From the NCBI GenBank assembly GCA_049999805.1, contig JBNGIO010006380.1, forward strand, positions 260,680-324,679: a DNA stretch of 64,000 nt, given 5' to 3'. The notes below the pieces were generated by a model. That model was not told where the DNA came from. It searched no databases and saw only the letters and a list, made by a program, of their open reading frames with translations. Below, piece by piece: positions 48,493 through 61,955 of the stretch. The position numbers and the translations under genes were made by a program. Numbering within the stretch: the first letter of the stretch is position 1; every line of letters starts with the position of its first letter. Origin of the DNA: Folioceros fuciformis (taxonomy: Eukaryota).

Positions 48493-50132
48493 GGCACAAG
48501 ACGCACCGCAGCCCATGCCGGGCTCCGGCGCTCGGCACCCTGTGGCAATCGCACTACGTAACCCCCCTCCTACCTGCCAAACCTAAATCTTTGGTCTTGA
48601 CCTAAACACATCAACACATACATATATACATACGTACATACCTACCTCTATGTAGGTACATACCTTGGTAGTTCCCATCCTATTTCCTTCGTCTTCCACC
48701 AGTGGGTGCCTTGTCTTGACCCACCGAGTGGCTCACAGAAAGGTTCTGCCAACAGGATCTCATCAGCTGCAAACATTTCCTCCATCCCCGCCGTTTTCCG
48801 AGCTAAACCATCGTCGGAAACTATCCCACGTGTGGAAATTTGCATCTCATCTCGTTGTTGCTTTCGTATTTGACATTTTTTAAGTTTACACTTTGCCATC
48901 GATTCACTGTATATTCCATTTTCTATATATTTTACAGAATGATGAAAATACTCTACACTTGGGTGACAGACAATTCACGAAACCTTTTATGTACCTGATA
49001 GCGCAACCTGCCCTCAATCCTTTTAGATCCCAATTCCCGCAACCTTCTCCTAGTGCTTAGAATCTCTAAGGAGAACGGGGGCCGGTCGGATTAAGCATTG
49101 AGTCATCACTGCTTACCTCAGCCGAAAAACAGAATCTGAACTATGACACTTGTGGGCAAGGGAGGCACATGCGGGAGGCACGGAGACTGGTGCGTCGCAG
49201 ACCACAACAGGGGGCCGTTTCTAACTTATGTTAAAACGATCTGTGGGGTACAGGGATTGGCAGTCCTTACAAAATATATTTACTGCAGGCTACCAGAGCT
49301 CCGGTCCTTTCAAGCCCAAGGAACGCCATCTTAGGACGGATTGAGCTTACTTGCGTTCTGTTGCTGTTGCCCATCCGCTTCTAAACCAATCGTGCAATCC
49401 ACAGATTCAAGTTCACTGCCTCCCAGCAAAAAACATCTCCCTTAACCTATCCATCCGGAACAGAAGCAGCCACATCGGGCTGGGGATAATGGTCAGGGTG
49501 GGACGGGCCAACTTTGCGCGCTCTGCAGCTAAGAAGCAACTACAAAGGCATCACTAACAGCGACCCATCCCACTAGACGAAGCTGCCGTCAGGTGTAATG
49601 TTGCAAAGTTAACCCAAAAAAAAAAGGAATTGCTGAAATGGGAGTCCACCTTCCTGGAGAACAAAACGCCACCACCGGACGAGAGAATCGCCTCAACCAG
49701 CTGTTGATGGAAATCTCCAGCTCTCATAGCTGGATCTCCGGGTCGTCACCAAAGAACTCGGCGTCAACCGGGCATGGTAGGAAGAGAAACCTGACCATAG
49801 TTCACCTTGGAGTATGGTTAATAGTCAGGCTCAACAACCAGACCGGTTTTCACAATTGTACCTGCCGCCTCTTGCCCACACTGATCCTTGCCACTTAAAA
49901 CATGTACAGCATCTAGAAAGCTTGGGACTGTATGGGAGTAACATGGGCAACCCAGTAAAATATTAGCCAAAAGAGAAGGAGGAGAGACTGCGGAAGCTGG
50001 GAACACACAGGGAACAGAGGCCGCGCTACTCTGCAGCAGGACTGACATACAACTCCCCTCATTATTTTCCCATGAAAAGAATTCACCAACCCAAACAATT
50101 CCACTGGCTCAGCATCGCAACTCCTCCAGACC

Positions 50133-53100
50133 CTATCCTGCAACTAGATTTGGAACAGCTCCGCCAGTTGCATCTATAACCATTCGTTTCGGACCAGCAT
50201 GTTCCGTCTTTCCTTCAACCTCAACACCTGTCTTCACCCCTCCTGAACNNNNNNNNNNNNNNNNNNNNNNNNNNNNNNNNNNNNNNNNNNNNNNNNNNNN
50301 NNNNNNNNNNNNNNNNNNNNNNNNNNNNNNNNNNNNNNNNNNNNNNNNCCGTCTAGATTGACCATGATCCCTGCCTCGGACAAATGGCGCACTCCCAGAT
50401 TCCCCAACCCAATGCAGATTGCTATCAGAATTCTGGGGTGACTGTGTTCCCGACACAGAAGAGGGCTGGCGTCGATCCTGAGACACCTTCTGCTGTCCAG
50501 CAACTTGAGAAGCAGAGCTCTGATGGTCATTGACAGAAGACCCCTGCTTGTGTGACATTTTTGAAGCATCCGAATGGTGCTCTACATCACTTGATGACTG
50601 CGAGTTTTTCCGACCTGCACCAGATCTTGGGTGGTAATTCCGGTTCTCTGACTGGGGCTTCTCGTGAAAAGTTTGTTGCCACTGACCTTGCGAAGGACCT
50701 GACCTCTGATGCTGGGCTGCATCTCTGGGTTGGTCCTTGTCTTGCATTGGCCCATGCTGCCGGAAATTCTGATGAGGTCTAAATTGCTGATGTGCCCCAT
50801 GCGGGGCATGCTCCTTATCATGAGAACCTGTAGGTCCTTGCTGCTGTCTAGCACCTTGAGAAGACCCATTCAATGCCATTGCCGCTTCATCACCACCTTG
50901 AACTTGTCCACGTGAACCATGTCCAACTGATTTAAATGCTGGGTTATTTGGAGCATGCGCCTTCACATGTTGCTGATCTCGCTGCCTGTCCCGCTCATTG
51001 ATCGGTTGGTCTCCATACCCACCAGACTGTTCCCCATGGGAGGGCTTCTCAAATTCAGACGAAGATGTGAAATTCCGAGACCTATTTGCATGAGCAGACA
51101 CAGACTTGGACTGCTGCTGAACAACTCTTGAACCATTCAGCTCCCTGTCCGACACCCTGGAGCCTTGATTACCAGATATCCTCTGATGTCGTTCTGAGCT
51201 TGATGGAGGACGTCTATCCCCATGAGGAGCGCTTGCTCGATGAGGTTTAGCATGATCACTCTGAGACTCAACCTCATGAGTTACACTCAATACCTGCGAC
51301 CTGTTTACACTCCCTGGCTGATGATGAGGAGTCACCAGTGCATAAGTTTGATACTCCCTGGCAGCAGCTGGGATAGGTGACTGCTGAGAAGAATGAAAAC
51401 CACTACTCCCTCCATCCACAACTGATGACAACTGCTCAGTTTTAGCCCCAACTGTGGCCAACTTTTGCTGTGAAGTGCTAACCTTTGCCTGCTGATCCGG
51501 GGGTGAAGGCCTCTGAATAGCCAATTGATCTGCACTTTGACCATTCAACTGAGCAGGGAAACGTGACGCCGGTTGGTTGGTATGATTATCTGCCCGCTGA
51601 GGCTTGAAACCAGAATCTCCCTGAGCATGGGTGGATGATGATTCGTCGTGATGTTGAGCATGACCACCACCCCCTTTTCCCATTGAACTTCGGAAATCTT
51701 GAGAAGGCTGTGCGACAGAACCCTCCTTGCCACCAACTCGAGAATCTTGCTGATAATGATACTTTGCAGTAGGTCCTCGCTCATTGCCTGATCCCCTTTG
51801 TCGCCACGATGCATGAGAGCGTGCACTCCTACTAAAGTTATCACTTGGCTTAGTGTCAACTGGCTCCGACGCCACAGGAGGCACCTGGGCCTGACCCAGC
51901 CCTGTGACAGTCCTGGTCTCGACAGGAACATCACATGCCTGATGCTGGGGCTGTCTGGTAGAAGCATTCGATTGCCCAGTTTCCACAAGATCCTGTACAA
52001 GTTTGACAACGGGCTTGAGGGACTCCACGTCCGAAGGCTTGCTACTCGACACGTGCACTGTCCCAGGATACTCCACCTTCTCAACGCTCGCAGAGCCGGA
52101 GGCCAACTCCTCAACAGGCTTTAATCCATTACCTGCACTACTTGGTGCAGCTCGCACCGGTGCCCAGATCAGCCCATCACTTGAATGAGACTTATCACCA
52201 ACACGGACATCCTGTGCAGTTCTCTCTCTTGCTAGCCGCTTGACTGGTTGTTGTTTGCGCTGAGGCCGCCTGCCAGCACTGTCTCCGTTTGACAGGGGAG
52301 ACGCAGTCGGAACTCCAAACTCCTTTACCAGGTCACTATCACCAAACTCAATCACCACCAAAGGCTGAAAAGACAACTCTTTCACTGACTCCTGAGAGAT
52401 TCCTCGTGCCTCTTCACCACTACTCACTTCTTGCTGAGATACTTGGGACTTGGCAGTGTCAATCAAGTCAGCACCATCACTATGCTCGGAGCTGTGAACT
52501 ACATGGGCAGAACCATCTACACCATCTGCCCTCTGCTTACTTTTAGAATTCCTGCTGTTTCGCTTCTTCCGGTTAGCAGCATTGGGCACAGAGCTGGAGT
52601 CTACAGCACTAGATTCACCAGCATGTGGTCCGCTAGACCATCCTCCACCCTCATTTCTTTCTGCTGCCACGGCTACAACCTCAGTTATGACAGCCTGCTC
52701 TTCTGTCACTTCGGGCACTTCGATGTCCTTCCCATGTTTAAGCTGCATTGTTGAGTGTTTCGCCCTGTGCCTTGACGTCTGCTGCTTAGGAGGAATCTGC
52801 ACTATTTGCAAACCCAGCCTACTTCCAGATGGTGTCTCCACACCGTTACTGCGTTGGGAACCTGTGGGTATGGGTACCTGTGACTGCAAGGAAGTGTTAC
52901 TCTCAGATGGAGAGGGCAAAAGTGGCGGCTCCGTTCGGACCTGGCCAGGATTACTATTCAGCTTCACCTTCGTGAGATCTCTTGAATCAGAATGGATCCT
53001 GTGATCCTCCCTCGGTCGCCCACTGCCTTTCCTATCTCCTCTCTCTCGCTTGCCATGCTCATTTCGACCACTGCGGCCTCCCCCCAGGCTACCAGAGGCC

Positions 53101-56100
53101 CTGCTTGATTGGTTAGAAGATGAGCCTTCCTGGCCCAACAGGCCAGAAGCATCCCCTTCTCTCTTAACTTCTCCAGTAAAATCCTTGGGCAAGTCATCGG
53201 GCACATTTGAGTCTGGTACTGATAGCCCTGCTGTTCGTCGATTCAACTCCTCCAATTTTGCATTGGCCTTGGCCTTCTGCTCTTTGCTCCTCTCTTCCTC
53301 CTCCTTCTGCAGTTGGAGTGATCGCTGATGTGCAATTTCTTTCATCTTTGCTCGCTGCATGCAGCACAATAAAGCAAAACATACATAGGCCGTACCACTT
53401 CACATCTCACACTAACGCAGATGGTCACAAGCCACCAACAGTCAAAAAATTTCAAGCAAAAACACGCATGCCAAAACTGAGCATTGCAGTCTACCTGAGC
53501 GTCATAATCATATGCGTCTGTCGAGCTCAGATCACTCTCTGGCTCAACTCTCTCTTGAGCTGCAGCAGAGCTTGACGTCTCGGAAGTAGTGCCAACACTG
53601 ATTGGGGCTTTAATCAATTGAGCTGTACTTACAGAAACACCATCGGGCTTTGCATCTACTGTTACAGCCTTTGGTCTCCACTCTTTCTCGGCATCATGGA
53701 CAACCTTGGCTTTGTGTATCCCGTCTTCCTTCATCAGAGGTTCTTTGGAAGGAGGAACAGCTGCCTCTAGCCCTGAAGTATCTACACTACTACCTGCATC
53801 ATTGACACCACTGCTTGTGCGCTTCAGCAGCTTGGGCTTCTCGTCTAGGATCACACTCCCAGCATCAGCAGGACCAGCACCTGCAGAGTCCGCAGTCGGC
53901 AACAGAGTTGACTCTGCAACCAAGACACCAGCGTTTACAGAGGTGCTTGAGCGCCCGGTGCCATTATGCTGCCCAGGTCTTGATACACCTCCTCCAGCCA
54001 CCGTTGATGCAGAACTGCTGTCCTCACCCTTAAATACATTTGCCTTCTGCAACGTTGACTGCGAGTCCCGACTGACAGGCCTATCTTTCGTAACAGAATG
54101 CTCTTTCCTCGGAGCAATGACCTCTACAGTACCCCTGTCACTGGGAGCTGCATTTTTCCTAGAAGGGTGATTCTTACTGGCGAACCCATCTGGTTCCCCA
54201 TCTCTGGAGAAAGCAACTTCTTTGGTAGTGGGCTCCTTATTTCTATGAACCCTCCCACTCTCCCCATTGTTCTCATGACTGCCAGCTCGACGCCCAGGCC
54301 TGCCAGATGATCTTCCTCCGACAGTGTCCTTGGAGCTAGAATTGTCCTCATCTCGTTCTCGAGACTTCAAATCATCAGCACGAGCAGTCTCCCCAACGGC
54401 AGCATTCCCTCTATTGAATGATTCATTTCCAGCATCACCGCCAGCACCTACTGCAACTCCTCCTGGCTTCTTGGCTCCAGCTGCTTCCAGTGAGGCGTCT
54501 TCCTCAAAAACCGGTTTTGAAAAATCCATGGGCTCCTCATTGGCAGATGTTCCCCAATCTCGAAGTCCATGTGGCCCCACGCCAGCTCCTTGTGTACCTG
54601 GCCTCGATGCATCATATAGGGAACCGACCAGCCTTCGGTTGCCCACTGCATCTTGCACAGGACCAGATCTCCCATCTTTATAGCTACCCACATCATGAAT
54701 ATCATCAACCACTAGCTCAGGATGCTCCCTCATAACCCTGGAGTTGCTCGGAGGTAGCCGAGGACCAGAACCCATGGACCCATGAAAATGACTAAATACG
54801 TCTGAAGGTGGCCCTTGTCGGTTAGGAAAACCAACATACATGCCAGGACCTCCCATGACCATAGCCCCCATCATCATCCCCCTCTCATCCATATGCCCAG
54901 GAGGACCATACGCACCATCGTAAGGAGGCCCTGGATACATCCCAGGTCCCAACGGTGGTCCGGGCCTCCCTACTCCCCCTTGCCGGGAAAGCAGCCCGGC
55001 ATTTCCATACACATTTCCCACATGAGGGCCAAAGCCACCAGGTCCTCGGCCATAACCACCAGGACCAGGACCAGGGCCATACCTCTGTTGAGGGGGGAAC
55101 CCAGAAGAGTCGAGCTGAAACCTTGGGTGACCATGAGGTCCATGAGGTCCTACAGGAGGTCCACCCCGACGACAATTCTCATCAGGACTCGCACCTGGTT
55201 AGAAGGAAATTACTGCTTCATCAGGGCTATGAATGAGCATTTCTATGCCAAAGTGATATCCAAACAACCGAATTGCACGCACCTTGGGAAACCTCATGAC
55301 CACCATCTCTCCTCCACGAATCCACAACAGGAGGATGCCCATCATGGGCAGCAACATGCCTATGCTCCTCCCTATGCCAATTCCCTTCAGCTCCAGGTGG
55401 CATTCCTCCAAATGGCTCCCTTCGAAAGGTATCAAGTACTGGCCTTTCCTGATTGCTAAAAGCAGGGCCAGCACCACGAGGACCATCATCTACACATCAA
55501 AAAAAGAACAAAATAAATCAAAAGACAGAAATCTTGATTCAGCAGTCCATGGTATCAGCTTATCCAGAAACACACCATAAGGCCCCGACAAACTTGGTGG
55601 TCTTTGTTGCTGTGAAGAAAACAGCTTCTCATCTACTGCTCTTTCCACAGTGGCAGTACCTGCAAGAGAGCTACATCAACCCAAACGGACAAAACAAGAA
55701 TTCTCGTCCCTATGACATGTTCGAACACCATCCCCCCTGACATTCACGAGTCAAAACAAAATGCACATCCAGCAAACACATCCTTAAACACAGGTCTCAA
55801 TGAACTTCCACATCGCACATGGTACTTATAATTCCTACGCGGGCGAAAAGTGAAAAATGCACCTCCACCAGACACATCATTTCAGTCCGGTTCTTTGTAA
55901 TGGTGAGCTTTCTACATTACACATGGTACTGGTGAAGTTTCAGGCTTACCCTGCTGAGGGCGAAGATCAGGACTCTTCTCCGATCCTAAAGTTGGAAAGT
56001 CAAGACGAGTTAACTGAAATGCAGTGGGCTGGTGAGAATCCCTTGCCTGAAAGAGACGAAAGATCGAGTAGTTAACTATAAGTAGTTCTCAGTTGACAGA

Positions 56101-57259
56101 CTAGTTTCATATAAGACAAGGCAGAGCAGATAAAATAAGATTCGAGCACAAGGTAGTTCCGCACCATCTTTGTTTCTGCACCGGCCCCTCCCCACGCGGG
56201 GCCAGGGGCATTGACAGGAAAATTAGCAGGCTCCCCAGGGCGAGAAACCTGTGCATGTCTTTCCTCTGCACTCCGCGGCCTTTGAAAGGATGGCTGTGTA
56301 TGTGGCTGACCGTGAAGCATGCCCTGGCCGTGACCTTGTACTCCAGAGACAGCTGCTGAACGAGAAGTTCCAGAAGCTGATGCTGGTCGTGAAGGAAGCG
56401 GGCCCCATGCATTTTGAGTCAAATGGGAGTCATGCATCTGTCCAATGCTCCCAGCAGACGAGGGACGAGTTCCACTTCCAGCGGAAGACGGCCGTGATAC
56501 AGCTCCACCCCATGCTGCTCCACTGCCGCCAACATTAGATCCATGCTTTGCTGAGGCCCCCCAAGTGCCATTAGCCAGAGGAGGAGATGAGGCTTGCGTT
56601 GTTCCCCATGCATTATTGATTGTCGGAGGAGATCGTCCAGTTGCTCCCCAGCTGCCACCACCCCTAGAGGAACGAAAGGTGACAGCATAAGGACGCACAT
56701 AACGACAGATATGCAGAGAAGAGGGTACTCCAGCTGTGCTGCAGGAAAAGCAGCTCACCTCGGAACTATCTCAACATTAGGGTCCAACCCGCGGTTCTCA
56801 AGCCTGCACAAAGATATCAAATCTTCATAGTGAGCCACGTGCACTCAACCGTGCAGCCCACCGACAGTGACCATGGAGATTATCCTTGTCAGATCGACCC
56901 AATACAACACTGCTCATACATGATCGTGAAACACTGGCCACAAAAACACTTCTTCTGAGGCTCTCTAGGCCTGACTTCACGAAAACCCTAAATAAATAAA
57001 CAACCAGGATCAAAAAGCTCTCAGAATAGGGGCATGACCTCTGACTTGGAAGATTGATGGGCTTCGGCACAGCAGGTATTCTGCCGAGTACAGTCATACC
57101 CCTCCGGGCAGAGGGCCCTCTGCGAAAAAAGCACGCCAGCAGGAAGAGCATCAGAAACAAGTAGCAATCTCGACGAATGCATCCGATTGCGGAGGCAAGT
57201 ACAGGCTCCCAAGGTCCCGTCGCCCATCGTCGCACTCACCTTCTGTCCCCGCTCAACAT
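50133..57259 (-). CDS. MOS1: MODIFIER OF SNC1 1-like BAT2-N-domain protein, multi-exon, spans an N gap
   Basis: MLSGDRR|GPSARRGMTVLGRIPAVPKPINLPSQR|LENRGLDPNVEIVP; RPSSAGSGTRPSS; DFPTLG; EEPMDFSKPVFEE; QRAKMKEIA.QR..QLQKEEEER.KEQKAKA.AKLEELNRR; long low-complexity C-terminus. Confidence 0.88.
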
Positions 57260-58558
57260 TCTGAAGGCCCGTGCCTTGCCAGTCAAATCTCAACTGCCCG
57301 GGTAGCAGCCTTCTCCCTTGCCTGCCAACTGCAACGAGTGGAGACGCCCTGCTTCCGACAGGACCTGAATGCCACAGCAAGCAGCGAAGCGAGTCATGGC
57401 AAAGATAACCTACACCTCTCTTGGCACTCCATGAAGCACACAGGACAAGGCACGCGTCAGCAGGCGGCGGGAACAGTATGGTCACCGTAGATAATTGCGC
57501 AAGGGGAAGGAGACATAAAGTTGCAAGGGGAGGCAGGCCGGCAGGCAAGCAAAGGTGTGTGAAGTGCAGGAGAAAGAAACGTGACACGATCCGTACAGCA
57601 GGAAGGCAAGACAAGGAGGGGAATTCCAGAGAGGAAAGAGCTGGCAGAGTGGGAGTGGAGATGGTCGTGCCAGGCTAGGGGGCCTGCCAATTGCTTACTT
57701 CTCATGCGGAGATCGATTGATTCCACAGACCCTGTTGTTGCGACTTAGATTGCGTTCGCGGTCCCGACTGACCCTAGCGCACCGTGATGGAAGGAAGGTG
57801 CTTAAACCTAACAGACCCTGCAGCCGGAAGGCGGCAACACCATGTAACCGGGGCACAGGCACAAGCCAAATGGTGAGATCTTAGTGCGCAAGGCAGCAAA
57901 TGCTTAACCGGGGGCAGCAGCCCTACACACGCAACATCGCCGCCAGGTTAGCTATCTACCTTACCTCCGTGCACGCCCCCCGCAGTTTCCGGCGCACTTG
58001 GTTTCATGCATATCATAAGGTGGACCAGGAACAACAAAAATATCCTACACATAACATTTTATGTACATGTGTAGGTATGTACTTCACGCTATTCCACCAC
58101 TGGCAACTACTCGAGACCATCCGTCGAGACCATCTAGTACAAGTTGTTAGGACTTATTCTTACTCTATGGAAAATGTCATACATTTCTTTTGTGCTATTT
58201 TTATTCCTATTAAGATATATAAATTGATATATTTTTCTTTAATCAAATTTCAGTGTCTACAAACTTTTTCTTTATTCTGTGTATTAGTCCAACTCTATGA
58301 TTGAGATAGATCTATAATCTCTCCCACAAGATTAAAGAAGAGGAATTCAGTTAGAGTCAACTAAGGATGGAATTTTGGACATGGTGTACTTAGCTACTTG
58401 CTGCAAAGAGCATCTTTTCTATAGACACCTCATCTAAGTACCGATCTAACATGCTATACCTAACTAATTTTATACGGAAACATATGAAAGATCTCATTTG
58501 CCTAAACAACAAGCCCAAAGATAGTTGAAGACGAAAAGAGGGATTAACCCCTCAAATA

Positions 58559-60440
58559 GTGCCTTGGCATTTCGAGAATGTCTTTGTCTCATCCAAGGCT
58601 GATGACACTCATATTCTTGGGCAACGAGTCACACCAAGTACAGTCAAAGCAGCATTTGATTTCTTTTCGTCAAAGCTCTCTAAGGTGGGGTTGAGGGTTA
58701 AGCTATCTAAATGCAGGGTTTGGTCCCTTTCATGCATCTCTCCCCCTCGTCAATATTCAGGGGGTGGATATTGCCTCCTTGCAAGAACTTTGAGTCTTGG
58801 TTGTTCATGTTACATATGTAAGAATATGTTCTTTGTTCATAGGATTGTGGTTGTTGGCTGAAGATTTGGCTCATATCATGAACCTCTTACAAATGACCCT
58901 TGGGTTGTGTTTGGTATTCTTTCTTCTTGTTTTTTGCAGTGACCAGGTTACCTCACTAGAACTGTTACGCCTTCTTCAATTTTCTTATCAAGTCTCGAGA
59001 AGTTCGATTACCAAGTTATGCAGCTCTTGGGACATAATAGGTCCAGGCACCTTCGAGTGTGTCGTCGGTGATTTGGCTTGGAAGCAGGCTTTCCTATTGG
59101 TCGCCTTTAGAGGGGTTGGCCTTTTGGCCATAGAGGCCTCTGCCCCAACTACCTTTCTTGGTAGGTGTGTCCTCTTTGGCCTCTCGCTTTTTGCTACAAG
59201 ATTCCCTACTTCTTGAAGGCTTTATCTCAGGTGTTGAGGAGGGTGTTTTCCCTTTATAGGTATCACTTAGACAAGCGAGGGATTCTTTACCTTTGGAGGC
59301 TTGTGAGGCTCTACCTCCTTTCACCTCCTTTTCTAGGGAAGGGTTGAGAGGTCTCCAAGCTGCCCTCCTAGAAAAGCAATGTGGCCAAACACTAAGAGCC
59401 CTTCTTTCGGACTCATCAATCCCTAGGTATTCTCGGGCTCAGATTTGCTCTTGTTCAGGTAAAGGAGTCTGCTCTTTGCTTTTGGCTCGATCTTGCTTCC
59501 AGGCATTTTGAATCACACCAGCAACTTTCGTCACCACTGTGAGATTTCGCTTAAGTTTGGTCGACCCCTTGGCTTTTTCTCTCTCTACATGCAGTTATGG
59601 GGTTGTCATTGTCGATATAGGGTCCCATGTAGCACACTATCCTATTGAGGGGCACCACATTGCTACCCATGATGTAGTTCGAGATGTCATGTTCTCAATG
59701 GCTAGGGAGTGTGAGTTACCGTGTAGGGAGCGTCCATATTCTTTGTGCAACGAGGTTTCACTTAGAGGTAACCTTTTTTTCGCTAGGTGGGAACAAATGT
59801 GTGTGGCTGATGTGGTTGTTACAAATCCCACTAGAAATTGGATCTACGAGCACGTCACCATCAATCTCCTTGGATGAGCGGCGGAGTGTTGTGCAAGCAC
59901 TAAAGTCCATATTCTCCCTTACAAAACAGGCATACTTTCATCCCCCTTGCTCTTGAGACTCATGGGCCTATGGGTAAGGGCTTTCAAGGTTCATTAAGTA
60001 GTGCGCCAAGGTTTATCATAGTCATAAGAATAGTGTTTTCCCTCTTTCCTCTGTGATGGCCTTCTTCTGACAATGCGTATCCATTGCTTTGCAACATTGC
60101 TTTGCAAAGAGCACTGGCCAAAGCAATTTTTAGAAGAGCAACAAGCACAAGTGAAGCGGCTTCTTTGGCACCGGTGGTAGGTAGGCCTTTCTTTATTCCA
60201 CATCATGATATTTTGGGAACAATAGGTAGTTTTTGAGAATGGGCTACTACTTTTTTTAGCCTTTGGCCCTACTCGAGTTGTTTCTTAACTACTTTTTTTA
60301 GCCTTTGGCCCTACTCGAGTTGTTTCTTAATCTTTGGAGTTTCTTAATAACTTTTTGTAGCCTTTGGCCCTACTAGAGTTGTTTCTTAATCTTTGGAGTA
60401 GATGTGTCTTTCTATTTCTTTTTCAATAATAGAAAATACT
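58559..60440 (+). mobile_element. Degenerate non-LTR retrotransposon, CRE/SLACS-like (RT plus restriction-like endonuclease)
   Basis: RT remnants (ADDTHILG; VGLRVKLSKCRVW; QA.L....GG.G-like segment), degenerate Zn knuckle/RHD region (CSYG...GSHVAH...IATHDVVRD), D.VV..P and FIPLALETHG. Many stops and frameshifts. Triplicated 3' motif TAGCCTTTGGCCCTACT.GAGTTGTTTCTTAA. Confidence 0.75.
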
Positions 60441-60529
60441 CTTTCACTAATGCCTCGAATATCATTCCTACTACTGCCCGTTTCCAATGAAGTCACCAAA
60501 CCCACACTTGGTTGATTGTTCCACACAAC

Positions 60530-60785
60530 TTGGGATTGGAGGAACAACTTAGCACAACCACGCATACTCGGGATTGGAGGAACAACTAAGCACAACCACA
60601 CATACTTGGGGATTGGAGGAACAACGGAGCACAACCACACATACTCGGTATTGGAGGAACAACTGAGCAGGGCCAAAGGCCAAAGTCTCATCTACTCTTA
60701 AGATAAGAGAAGTGCTGGTCCTAAGATAAGACAAGTGCTGGTCCTACGATAAGAGAAGTGCTGGTCCTAAGATAAGAGAAGTGCC
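60530..60785. repeat. ~38-bp tandem repeat (about 3.5 copies) followed by a 23-bp tandem repeat (about 3.5 copies)
   Basis: GGGATTGGAGGAACAAC..AGCACAACCAC.CATACT units at 60532, 60570, 60609, 60647. AAGATAAGAGAAGTGCTGGTCCT units at 60700-60785. Confidence 0.9.
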
Positions 60786-61368
60786 AAGCAGGCCAAAAGG
60801 GTCTATTCCTTTGGAACATTATTTTTCCAAGTGTTAGGAGGTTTCCCAAGCCCAACTAGATAAAGACCCAACTAGATAAAGAAAGAAACTAAGGAGTCTA
60901 ACAGCTTAGGCATAAGTATGTAGCCAACAACACAAGCCCTTAACTAAGGTATATTCCCTGGCCATGCCCATAGCCTTATGAAGATGAAGGCATGGTGAAG
61001 GACATGCATGATAACAAACATTAGCTGATGGATAGTCTATACTTTAGAGACTCAGTCAACTCCTTCACCCCTCTACCACAGCAATATCTGCCACCATTAC
61101 GCCCACATCCATCCTATACCTCTACCTCAAGATGGCTTTCACCATAGTGCTCATAGGGCTTTATCATAGTGCGCATCTTTGGCATCGTTGGTGACCTCCT
61201 CTTTTCTAATCTGAGTAGTGGTCAGAACTTTGCCTTCGATCGTTCATGTTGCCAGAGCTCGTTGTGGAATACACTCACTTCGCAAAGGGCCTCCCTCACC
61301 TGAGCTCTCATACTCGTAGCCAGGTCTTGGACATCCACTTTCACAGGATGACTGCAGACTGCGGACAA

Positions 61369-61850
61369 CTGGCCTGCGATCTAGTCAGGCGGCTGGATTT
61401 GCAAGGACTAGAGATTCAACGTAAGCAATTAACGGAAGATGTTAAGCGTGTAATGCAACACTCCTTGTGGAACGTAGAAAGAAGCGTCAGGAGGGGAGAT
61501 GTATCACCAACGGGGAGTGCTTTCTAGATGTGTTGAGGAAGGGAAATGAAATTCGAAGACGAGATGCAGGGATTGTGTTCGGTAAAATGCAGAGCATTCC
61601 AGCAACTCTGCTAGATAGCTACAGAAATTACGCACAGCTATAAGTATGCTGGGCAGTGGCCTCACCTGGCTGGTACTTCGTACTAGGATGTGGTTGGTGC
61701 TGGGACAGATCGTCAGTCAAGGCAGGCCAATGGACCAGAGCGTGCCTCGTTCGCTACCCTACTGTGGCGGCCAGAGTTCATGCATGAAAAGCTGGACAGT
61801 GTGGTGGTGTCGGAGACTTGACTTCCGAAATCTGCCATACATACAGGTCA
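61369..61850 (+). pseudogene. Inverted, frameshifted partial duplicate of the adjacent P450 (two exons plus intron)
   Basis: RLDLQGLE.Q.KQL.ED.K.VM, TTGTGGAACG.AGAAAGAAGCGTCAGGA, GAGTD-like segment and NLPYIQ|gt match 62620-63120 in reverse orientation, including the intron. Confidence 0.85.
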
Positions 61851-61955
61851 GATTGCTTATCCAGCTGACCAGAGGGAATATTCAGTAGTAGAAGAAACGA
61901 GTCTACCTGTTGACACAATTTCTGTGCACGAGACTCCTGCAAAGAAGGTACCGCT

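Noticed and set aside
60530..60785. Regularly spaced repeats resembling a CRISPR array
   Set aside because: Units are head-to-tail with no unique spacers, the context is a eukaryotic TE island, and there are no cas genes.
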